The position numbers were made by a program, and so were the translations under genes. A stretch of 64,000 bases of DNA from an uncultured Gammaproteobacteria bacterium (GTDB taxonomy: Bacteria; Patescibacteriota; Patescibacteriia; S139-126), in NCBI GenBank assembly GCA_964620905.1, contig CAZUKA010000001.1:18141-82140 (forward strand), read 5' to 3'. Positions 18,791-26,371 of the stretch are shown here, one piece after another. Position 1 is the first letter of the stretch; every line of letters begins with the position of its first letter. The notes under the pieces were generated by a model, which was not told the origin of the DNA, searched no databases, and saw nothing but the letters and a program-made list of their open reading frames with translations.

Positions 18791-18937
18791 CTTATAGTAT
18801 GTAGCTGTTAGCTTTTAGCTTAATGATTTAAGAATTTAGAATTCATAAATTGTACTTCATAATTCATACTTCATAAATCATAAATCTTATTAATATTTAT
18901 CCTTAATACTTAATTCTTTATACTTAATACTAATCTG

Positions 18938-21127
18938 ATGTCCCAAAACACCCTCAAACGAATCATCCAATCAGGACTGGCAGCTGTGCTGTTTGTGCCA
19001 ATTTTAGTAAGTGGCAAGTTTTTATTTCCCTATATTCATTTAAAAAATGTAACTTTTCGGGTGCTAGTGACAATTATTTTAGTTTTAGCTGTTTGGTATT
19101 TATGGCGACAAGGTGAAATGTATGTGCGCAAAAATTATGTTTTGTATGCTTTTGCTGGACTGCTGGTAGTAGAAGTCATTGCTGGAATTTTTGGGGTAAA
19201 TTCACAAAATAGTTTTTGGAGCAATTATGAACGGATGGATGGTGTGGTTTTGTTTTGGCATTTACTGTTGTACTTGTTTTTACTTTTTCAGTTTTTTCAG
19301 ACCAAAGCCGATTGGCTGTTGTTGTTGCGTTTATCATCAGTGGTGGCTGTGATTTTATCAATTTATGGATTGGCACAACGGGCGGGAGTAAGTAACGCCT
19401 GGATTTTACCCAATGACGCTCCTCGGATCGCTTCCACCATAGGTAATCCTGCTTATTTTGGAGGGTATTTGTTGTTTCACATATTTTTTTCTGGAATTTT
19501 GCTTTACCTAGACCGAGTGCGGTGGCGACAGGTGATTTACGCTTTGGGAGTCATATTTTTCAGCTATATGATGTATGTGACAGGAACTCGTGGACCTTTC
19601 TTAGGACTGGTGGTGGGACTTATGGTGATGGGGCTTATGTATTTTAAACACGCTAGTAAAAAATTGAAAATCGGCATAGCTGTCGGTCTACTGCTTATCC
19701 CTTTGTCTGGAATATTTTTGTATACACAGCGAGATGCTGCTTGGCTTGGCACATCAACTCTAAAAAGAATTGCCGATATCAATTTGAAAGATTTGACTAC
19801 AATTGATCGTATCAATACTTATGTTACTTCGTGGCATGCTTATACCGATCGTCCTTTATTTGGCTATGGACCGGAGAATTATCGTTATGGGTTCAATAAA
19901 TACTACAATCCCGAATTGCATGAACAGTGGTTTGACCGGGCTCACAATGTTATTTTTGATTATCTAAATATAGGTGGACCTTTGGCACTGATCTTTTATT
20001 TATCACTTATGGGATCGGCATTGTATTATCTTTGGCAAGCAAGAAAAGATGATTATTTTTTGAGTGTGCTTATGATTGGTTTGCTGTCAGCTTATTTTTT
20101 CCAAAATTTATTTGTGTTTGATTCATTGAATACTTATTTGCCCTTGCTTGTTAGTTTGGCAATGTCTGCTTGGCTTTTTTTACACAAACAAAATTTGGCT
20201 AGCAAAATTTCAGCTAGAGTAAGATCTTGGCAGTTGCCGGTTTTATTGGTGGTAGTTTTATTTGTCATATTTAGCAATTATTTTATTGTTATTCGCCCGG
20301 CCAAAGCGAATTTGTTGATGATTGAAGCTTATCGTAACAGTGTGGTTGATCCCCAAAAAACTTTGGAACTTTTTCAAGCCAGTATTGATATGAAAACCTA
20401 TGGTTCGCGTGAAGGCATGCTGCAGCTAAATAATTTTGCTAGTTCAATGGTACGCGATCCCAATCAAACCATTGATTTTAAGCAAAAAGTTTTCCAGGTC
20501 AATCGCACTTATATTTTGGATCACCTAAATCGCGACCCGCATGATATTCAACTGCGAATGCTGCTTGCCAATACCTATCTTGGCTATGCTTTGCTGGATA
20601 ATACTTATTATCAAAAAACTGTTGATTTATTATCACCCTACCTTGATGATTCACCGGATAGGCTAGAGATTTATTTTACTTTGGCGCAGGGGTATTTAGG
20701 CGTAGGAGACATTGATCGAGCGGGTTGGGCAGTCAGGACAGCCTATCAAAAAACTCAAAGTAAGCCCTCGGTGTATTTAAATTTACTGAATTATTATGCG
20801 GCGGTCGGAGATACGGAAAATCTTTTGACTATCGCTAGTGAATATGAAAACAAATTTCCGTTGGGTTTGAATGAGTGGAAACAGCTGGCAGAGTTTTATT
20901 ACAATGTTAAATTGTATGACTTGGCAGAAAAAGTATTGCAAACAAAAATCATTCCCCAAGAAAAAGAAAATATTCAAAATTTTGCTTCCCTGGTAGCTGT
21001 TTGGCGGGATATGGGAAAAATTGACGAAGCGATTGGTTTGCTGGAAGAAATGCGTTTAGCTTTTCCGCAATATGCCAGTGATATCAATAACTATATTGAG
21101 CAAATGCGAGAGGAAATGGGTAATTAA
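18938..21127 (+). CDS. O-antigen ligase (Wzy_C/WaaL-like) domain polytopic membrane protein fused to a C-terminal TPR domain; candidate O-oligosaccharyltransferase
   Basis: About 10-12 TM helices in the N-terminal 430 aa, with a periplasmic loop and the YMMYVTGTRGPFLGLVVGLMVMGL region typical of Wzy_C ligases. The C-terminal 300 aa are TPR-like (YFTLAQGYLGVGDIDRAGWAVRTAYQK, LNYYAAVGDTEN, AEFYYNVKLYDLAEK). Confidence 0.65.
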   Translation: MSQNTLKRIIQSGLAAVLFVPILVSGKFLFPYIHLKNVTFRVLVTIILVLAVWYLWRQGEMYVRKNYVLYAFAGLLVVEVIAGIFGVNSQNSFWSNYERMDGVVLFWHLLLYLFLLFQFFQTKADWLLLLRLSSVVAVILSIYGLAQRAGVSNAWILPNDAPRIASTIGNPAYFGGYLLFHIFFSGILLYLDRVRWRQVIYALGVIFFSYMMYVTGTRGPFLGLVVGLMVMGLMYFKHASKKLKIGIAVGLLLIPLSGIFLYTQRDAAWLGTSTLKRIADINLKDLTTIDRINTYVTSWHAYTDRPLFGYGPENYRYGFNKYYNPELHEQWFDRAHNVIFDYLNIGGPLALIFYLSLMGSALYYLWQARKDDYFLSVLMIGLLSAYFFQNLFVFDSLNTYLPLLVSLAMSAWLFLHKQNLASKISARVRSWQLPVLLVVVLFVIFSNYFIVIRPAKANLLMIEAYRNSVVDPQKTLELFQASIDMKTYGSREGMLQLNNFASSMVRDPNQTIDFKQKVFQVNRTYILDHLNRDPHDIQLRMLLANTYLGYALLDNTYYQKTVDLLSPYLDDSPDRLEIYFTLAQGYLGVGDIDRAGWAVRTAYQKTQSKPSVYLNLLNYYAAVGDTENLLTIASEYENKFPLGLNEWKQLAEFYYNVKLYDLAEKVLQTKIIPQEKENIQNFASLVAVWRDMGKIDEAIGLLEEMRLAFPQYASDINNYIEQMREEMGN

Positions 21128-21218
21128 TTTTAAATTATAAATTGTAAATTTTAAATGTAATTGTCATTCCCGTGTAAACGGGAATCCAAAAATTAAAAAT
21201 AAAAGATTTTTTATTTCA

Positions 21219-21380
21219 ACTTTTTGTCAGCAAAAAGTAGCAAAAACTGCCGACCAGCGCTTCCGTTCAGGCAAAATTGCCAAACGCTCGCTTGCCTCTC
21301 AAAAGCGCTTACTCTAGTTGAGAGGCAAATCCCGCTCGTTTATTGGCAATTTTTCACTTCAGGAAGCGGAAGGTCGGAAT
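21219..21380 (+). repeat. Family A palindromic repeat element, copy 2
   Basis: See copy 1. Same orientation, extended imperfect palindrome (ccgaccagcgcttccg...cggaagcggaaggtcgg outer arms; gcctctcaa/ttgagaggc inner hairpin). The tracker ORF 21224-21412 lies inside it and is judged spurious. Confidence 0.7.
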
Positions 21381-21545
21381 ATTTTAAAAATTTTGATTTA
21401 TTTAAAAATTAAAAAATTACAAAATTAAAAATTGATTAGTAATTAATAATTGACCAAAAGTTATCCCCTGGTCATATATTAAATATTTTTTATAATAAAA
21501 AGCAAAGTTAATTTGAACTAGGAAGGAGGGTATTAGTAAAAAGTT

Positions 21546-21596
21546 CACCCTGTTAAATTGCTTTTGCACCGCCTGTGGCGGATTTAACAAGGGTTT
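21546..21596. repeat. Family B nested hairpin repeat (accctgttaaat...ccgcc-tgt-ggcgg...atttaacagggt), copy 1
   Basis: 12-bp outer stem accctgttaaat/atttaacagggt with an inner ccgcc/ggcgg palindrome. A second copy lies at 29687-29734. Confidence 0.7.
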
Positions 21597-21615
21597 AAGT
21601 TAGAAAGCACAAAGC

Positions 21616-21675
21616 ATTGTCATGCTGAACTCGTTTCAGCATCTTATGAGATTCCGAACCAAGTTCGGGATGACA
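21616..21675. repeat. Family C compound hairpin repeat (attgtcatGCTGAAc..gTTTCAGCatcttatgagattcCGAACcaaGTTCGggatgac), copy 1
   Basis: Two adjacent perfect hairpins enclosed by gtcat...gatgac. A near-identical copy lies at 48942-49003. Confidence 0.7.
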
Positions 21676-21699
21676 AAAAATAAAAAAATTAAAATGCCA

Positions 21700-21842
21700 T
21701 TCCGTATTTAATACGGAATCTAAAAACAAAAAAATATTTATTTTTTGGATTCCTGACTAGATCAGGAATGACAAGGAAAATTGATTTCTGATATATTACA
21801 AAAGTAAAATTCCTGCCACTACAGGCAGGCAGGAATGAAAAA
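21700..21842. repeat. cluster of Family D hairpins (stems beginning ATTCC... and ending ...GGAATGACAA), BIME/REP-like
   Basis: Three hairpins read directly: cattccgtatttaatacggaatc; ggattcctgactagatcaggaatgacaagg; aattcctgccactacaggcaggcaggaatgaaaa. Related hairpins occur at 21163-21186, 24846-24945 and 25253-25335. Confidence 0.65.
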
Positions 21843-21917
21843 ATTCATACATCATAAATCATAACCAAATTCTTAATACTTAAAAATTATAAAATTTAAA
21901 AATTAAAAATTTTTTAT

Positions 21918-24308
21918 ATGAGGAGAGAGAAGAAAAACATATTTTTTTTGTTGACGACTTTGATTGGTAGCAGTCGCAGGTTATTTATCCCAATAACAAT
22001 CGGGATTTTTTTGTTTTTTGTTTTTATTTTGCCAGTTCAAGCTATTATCATCGCACCCACAGCCACAGTCGGTGGTACAGTGAGAGATGCTAATACCAAT
22101 CAAACAATACCCGGTGCTCGGTTGATGGTGGTGGAAACTTTTACTGACCCTAACTGCGTAGCCGAGTTTGGTGAAAATAAATGTTTTGACAATCATTATA
22201 TATTCAACGAGACCACGACCAATTCATCCGGATCTTATAACTTTATAGTTGATGCTTGCGGTATGTCTTCATTGTTGGTAATTGTCAAAGAGGGCTATCA
22301 AAATTTTTCCCAGCCGAATAGTTTTGCTTGTTGGAGTAGTCAGGTAAAAAATATTTTACTAACGCCTGATAATCCTGTCTTACCTGAGCCGGTTATAATT
22401 ATTCCAGGGATTATGGCCAGTTGGAACCGGTATCTTTTAGACAAAAATTTAGAATACGCTGATGAGTGGGTGCTTGATCCACATTTTCACACTTATGACC
22501 AGCTGATTTCTGACCTGCAAACCTATGGAGGTTATGTCTTGGGCCAAACCTTGTTTACTTTTCCTTATGACTGGCGGAAAAATAATGAGTTTACCGCCCA
22601 ACTGTTGCGATCAAGAATTCAAGACATCAAAGCTCAAACCGGAGCTAGTAAAGTTGATATAGTAGCTCATTCTATGGGCGGACTGATAGTTAGGTATTAT
22701 ATTGAGAGTGAATTATATCAAGATGACATTGACCAGTTAATTTTTATTGCCACGCCCCAACGCGGCGCACCCAAAGCGTATCTGGCTTGGGAAGGCGGAT
22801 TTTTGGGGACCAGTATTGTGTCTGATTTTTTATTAGAAGTTTTAATTGCAAAAATTGCCAAAACTGATGGATTTTGTGACAGCGTTATAACCCGCAATAC
22901 GTGTGTTTACAACTATATCCGCAACTATCCAGTAGCCACAGTCAAACAACTTTTACCAGATAATGCATATCTAGAATCAGCATTGACCAGTGAGTTATTG
23001 TTGTATCCTGACAATCATCCAAACAATGATTTTTTGGAATTTTTAAATAATCAGGAAAGTTTGGCTAAGTTGTATGATTCTGGCATTGAGATTAGCACAA
23101 TATACAACTCTACCCCAAATAGCACTGTAGCTGGCATTAAAGTAATTGACCGTGAAGCAGGTCAAGTTCCTTTTTGGGAATATGGTTATCCGCACGGGTT
23201 TACTAGTTTGTTAAGAAATAATGGAATAATAAAAGGAAATGGAGATGGTACAGTAACAATTGATAGTAGTATTTATTTAGATTCAACTAGAAATATAAGT
23301 AAATTAAGTACAAATCATTCGAAGATTGTTTCGTTATCAGCCAAAAATGTAATTGAAATATTAAAAGGGGAATTTATTGATATTCAAGTAATTGATCAAC
23401 CAGATGAGTATGTAATTATTCAAGTGCATTCACCAATCAATGCGCAAATAGCAACGCCTCAAGGGAAAATTGTTGGGCAGGATTTTGCTTCTGGAGTTGA
23501 TGTCAATGAAGTTGAAGGAGCATATTACTCTGGCAGTGGAGCAACAAATGAATATATTGTTTTACCGCTAGTTGAAACAGGGGAATATGAGGTTAGTTTA
23601 CAAGGAACTGGAAGTGGTGAATATAAAGTTGAAATAATTTTAGCTGATGAGCAAGGAATAAGCAGTAAGGCATTTTCCGGTCAAATAGCCCCTGAAGTTG
23701 TGATAGATCTAAAGTTTCAGATAAATGAACAGGAGATAGGTGAAATTTTACCTGTTGATAAAACTGATCCAGTTATTACTATCACTAGTCCGGAAGTAAA
23801 AGAGTATGAACATCATTTACTGGTGCCAATCCAATATTTAGCAACAGATGATAGTGGGCAAATAACCACCAGCACTATTTGGTTCGATAGTGAAGAATAT
23901 GGGGGAGAAAATATTGATTTGTTTGTTTGGGAACTTGGGGAACACAAACTAGTAGTAAAGAGTAGTGATTGGTCAGGCAATAGTGCAGAACAAGAGGTTG
24001 TATTTACAGTTATTGCCACTATAACTAGTTTGCGATCAGATATCAATCGGTTGTATGATGAAGGAGAAATAAAAAATCAAAAAACCAAACAACAGCTTTT
24101 GACTGATACTGAAGTTTTGCAAAAGCTTTTGCAGTTTTATAAACCATATTTAGCGTCCAAACATCCATTTTTTGGCATGGTAATTGATAAGATCATAGGA
24201 GAGGTTATAAGCAAGCGACTTAGTAAGTATTTACGTCAAGGATATATCAGTGTCAAAACACACCAAATTTTGAAAACGCAAATGATTTATATAATTAAAC
24301 ATTATTAA
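21918..24308 (+). CDS. surface-anchored alpha/beta-hydrolase (LCAT/PGAP1-like lipase/esterase) with N-terminal carboxypeptidase-regulatory-like domain and large C-terminal beta-rich region
   Basis: N-terminal TM/signal (IPITIGIFLFFVFILPVQA). Pro-rich linker, then the FPYDWR motif and the GxSxG nucleophile elbow VAHSMGGLIVRYY, typical of LCAT/PGAP1-like lipases. The C-terminal 450 aa have no recognised match. Confidence 0.6.
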   Translation: MRREKKNIFFLLTTLIGSSRRLFIPITIGIFLFFVFILPVQAIIIAPTATVGGTVRDANTNQTIPGARLMVVETFTDPNCVAEFGENKCFDNHYIFNETTTNSSGSYNFIVDACGMSSLLVIVKEGYQNFSQPNSFACWSSQVKNILLTPDNPVLPEPVIIIPGIMASWNRYLLDKNLEYADEWVLDPHFHTYDQLISDLQTYGGYVLGQTLFTFPYDWRKNNEFTAQLLRSRIQDIKAQTGASKVDIVAHSMGGLIVRYYIESELYQDDIDQLIFIATPQRGAPKAYLAWEGGFLGTSIVSDFLLEVLIAKIAKTDGFCDSVITRNTCVYNYIRNYPVATVKQLLPDNAYLESALTSELLLYPDNHPNNDFLEFLNNQESLAKLYDSGIEISTIYNSTPNSTVAGIKVIDREAGQVPFWEYGYPHGFTSLLRNNGIIKGNGDGTVTIDSSIYLDSTRNISKLSTNHSKIVSLSAKNVIEILKGEFIDIQVIDQPDEYVIIQVHSPINAQIATPQGKIVGQDFASGVDVNEVEGAYYSGSGATNEYIVLPLVETGEYEVSLQGTGSGEYKVEIILADEQGISSKAFSGQIAPEVVIDLKFQINEQEIGEILPVDKTDPVITITSPEVKEYEHHLLVPIQYLATDDSGQITTSTIWFDSEEYGGENIDLFVWELGEHKLVVKSSDWSGNSAEQEVVFTVIATITSLRSDINRLYDEGEIKNQKTKQQLLTDTEVLQKLLQFYKPYLASKHPFFGMVIDKIIGEVISKRLSKYLRQGYISVKTHQILKTQMIYIIKHY

Positions 24309-24311
24309 TTT

Positions 24312-24689
24312 ATGAAAAAAACAGTTTATTTTATCCTGTCTTGGCTAGGAGTAGCTATTTTAGCCTGGCTAACAGCCAGTATTGGTAAAAATATTTACGG
24401 CATATTTTTTCCTGATCAAGTAATGGGTACTTGGATTAATATCATTGAGCCTGGTATTATAGAAGGATTTGTATTGGTATATTTATTTTGGCTGGGACTT
24501 TTGTTTGTGCCCGTGTTTAAAACCAAATGGTGGCAGTATGCTTTGGCACCGGGTTTAATATTATTTTTACCTTTTATGCTTTTTTGGCAAATTGCTCTAA
24601 TGGGGATAATGTTCTTTGCGGTTGGAGTGGGGTTGGGGTATCTGGCGCTTTGGTTGAAGAAAAAAATTGGTACAGGATTTAAGATTTAG
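24312..24689 (+). CDS. small integral membrane protein (about 4 TM), unknown function
   Basis: Hydrophobic 125-aa ORF starting 4 nt after the lipase-like gene. Confidence 0.5.
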   Translation: MKKTVYFILSWLGVAILAWLTASIGKNIYGIFFPDQVMGTWINIIEPGIIEGFVLVYLFWLGLLFVPVFKTKWWQYALAPGLILFLPFMLFWQIALMGIMFFAVGVGLGYLALWLKKKIGTGFKI

Positions 24690-24810
24690 GATTTATGATT
24701 TAAGAATAGATTTTTATTCCCTCTCTTAAAATAAGAGAGGGTTAGGGAGAGTTATATTTTTGATTTTAACCCCCTTAGTCCCCCTTATATTAAGGGGGAA
24801 AAGAGAAAGT

Positions 24811-24873
24811 AAGATTTATATGAAGGTTTATTTTAGATTTTTTTGGATTCCTGCCTGCGCAGAAATGACAAGG
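24811..24873. repeat. 63-bp perfect direct repeat, upstream copy (flanks the GIY-YIG gene)
   Basis: aagatttatatgaaggtttattttagatttttttggattcctgcctgcgcagaaatgacaagg is identical to 25220-25282. The downstream copy starts inside the last 8 codons (KDLYEGLF*) of the GIY-YIG ORF. Confidence 0.85.
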
Positions 24874-24957
24874 ATAAATACAAAAATGTCATTCCTTATT
24901 TAATAAAGAACATCTTGTCATCCCTGACTTGATCAGGGATTTAAAAATAAAAAAAAG

Positions 24958-25245
24958 ATGAGAGAGTATTTTGTTTATATTCTGGCTAGTAATATAAATG
25001 GCACATTGTATATAGGTGTGACTTCAGATTTGAAGAAAAGGATATATGAACATAAAAATGATTTAGTACCAGGTTTTACCAAGAGATATAAAATTCATGA
25101 TTTAGTTTATTTTGAAGTAACCAATGACATCAGAGAAGCATTACTTAGAGAAAAAAGATTAAAAAAATGGAAAAGAGAGTGGAAAATTAAGCTAATTGAA
25201 AAAAATAACCCAAGTTGGAAAGATTTATATGAAGGTTTATTTTAG
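24958..25245 (+). CDS. GIY-YIG nuclease superfamily protein (UPF0213/URI-domain, about 95 aa)
   Basis: YFVYILASNINGTLYIGVTSDLKKRIYEHKN...RLKKWKREWKIKLIE matches the GIY-YIG / conserved Arg / His / Glu pattern of stand-alone GIY-YIG proteins. Confidence 0.8.
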   Translation: MREYFVYILASNINGTLYIGVTSDLKKRIYEHKNDLVPGFTKRYKIHDLVYFEVTNDIREALLREKRLKKWKREWKIKLIEKNNPSWKDLYEGLF

Positions 25246-25282
25246 ATTTTTTTGGATTCCTGCCTGCGCAGAAATGACAAGG
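25220..25282. repeat. 63-bp perfect direct repeat, downstream copy
   Basis: Identical to 24811-24873. Spacing between copies is 409 bp. Confidence 0.85.
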
Positions 25283-25376
25283 GAGAAGGGATTCCTGTTG
25301 AAGTTTATCCGCTAAATAAGCGGGATAGGAATGACAAAAGAAAAGCGGAAGGTCATAATACCTTAATATATATAAC

Positions 25377-25690
25377 ATGGAGATAAAATTTCTTTTACCT
25401 GAAATAAAAAGATATATTTTTAGTCTTGAGAATAATATGCCACAAAGAGTTTTTCGGGTTATAGATTTACTGAAGAGGTTTGGTAGTAATTTACCTATGC
25501 TCTTATCCGAAGTTTAGGAAAGGGATTGTTTGAATTGAGAATAAAAGGGAATAAAGAAATAAGAATATTTTTCTGTTTTTATAAAGATCAGGCAGTTTTA
25601 TTGCATATATTTACAAAGAAAACAAAAACTATACCCTTTAGAGAATTAAATATAGCTAAAGAGCGAATGAAGGACTTGACTGAATTATAA
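25377..25690 (+). pseudogene. frameshifted HigB-like (Gp49/RelE-ParE superfamily) toxin gene
   Basis: The N-terminal frame gives MEIKFLLPEIKRYIFSLENNMPQRVFRVIDLLKRFGSNLPMLLSEV then a stop. A -1 frame continues YALIRSLGKGLFELRIKGNKEIRIFFCFYKDQAVLLHIFTKKTKTIPFRELNIAKERMKDLTEL. Together they reconstruct a typical HigB/Gp49-like toxin. Total length 314 nt is not a multiple of 3. Confidence 0.6.
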
Positions 25691-25711
25691 CTTATATGTT
25701 ATAATGATTTT

Positions 25712-26002
25712 ATGAAGAAAAAAATATATTTAGAATCATATTCTAGAGTAAAAAAACAAGCTTTTCGTAAAAAAGGTTTTAAAAAGGCTTATGATGAATT
25801 GGAGCCTGAGTTTGCTTTGATTGAGATGATAATTGCCAAGAGAATTGAAAAAGGAATGACGCAAAGTCAGTTGGCAAAGAAAATGGGTACTAAGCAATCA
25901 GCTATTTCCCGACTGGAAGGAGGCGAGTACAATCCCTCATTGGATTTTTTGAAAAAATTGTCCAAAGCACTTGATGTCAAAATGAAAATATCATTTAATT
26001 AG
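25712..26002 (+). CDS. HigA-like antitoxin, XRE-family HTH DNA-binding protein
   Basis: MTQSQLAKKMGTKQSAISRLEGGEYNPSLDFLKKLSKALDVKMKI is a classic XRE HTH. It sits immediately downstream of the toxin remnant, in HigB-HigA gene order. Confidence 0.75.
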   Translation: MKKKIYLESYSRVKKQAFRKKGFKKAYDELEPEFALIEMIIAKRIEKGMTQSQLAKKMGTKQSAISRLEGGEYNPSLDFLKKLSKALDVKMKISFN

Positions 26003-26184
26003 AATTTATTTTTAAAATTAGAAAATTTATTTACAATTTATAATTTGAAATTTATAATTTTTCTTCAAAATTAGCCCTGTGGATAACTTTATTGCTGGTT
26101 GAGATAAATAATTGTTATAATATTAGCGAAAAAGTAGATTTTAATTTTTATTCTAGTTTCACTATATAACTCTTGGAGGAGAGG

Positions 26185-26212
26185 ACGCCGTGCTGCAGCA
26201 CGGCGTTTTTTG
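26185..26212 (+). terminator. intrinsic terminator (acgccgtgc-tgca-gcacggcgt + TTTTTT)
   Basis: Perfect 9-bp GC-rich stem with a 4-nt loop and a six-T run, in the convergent gap after higA. Confidence 0.85.
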
Positions 26213-26215
26213 ATA

Positions 26216-26237
26216 CAAAAAAAACAGACCAGGGTCT
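26216..26237 (-). terminator. intrinsic terminator for the minus-strand glycan operon (cagacc-ag-ggtctg preceded by an A-run on the plus strand, giving a U-run on the minus-strand RNA)
   Basis: Reverse complement reads cagaccctggtctg followed by seven U's. It lies downstream of the last minus-strand gene, whose 3' end is at 26372. Confidence 0.6.
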
Positions 26238-26371
26238 GATTTAGTTGAAAGTTAGTAAAGTATATAAAGTTAGGAAGTATAGTTGATTTAAGATTTATGA
26301 TTTAAAATTTAAGAATACTCATAAATTATACTTCATATATCATAAATCTTATAAATTATTTATAATTTAAA

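Noticed and set aside
21224-21412. Tracker ORFs 21224-21412 and 48920-49108
   Set aside because: Each lies entirely within a palindromic repeat element (Family A and Family C respectively). Low-complexity translation, no start context.
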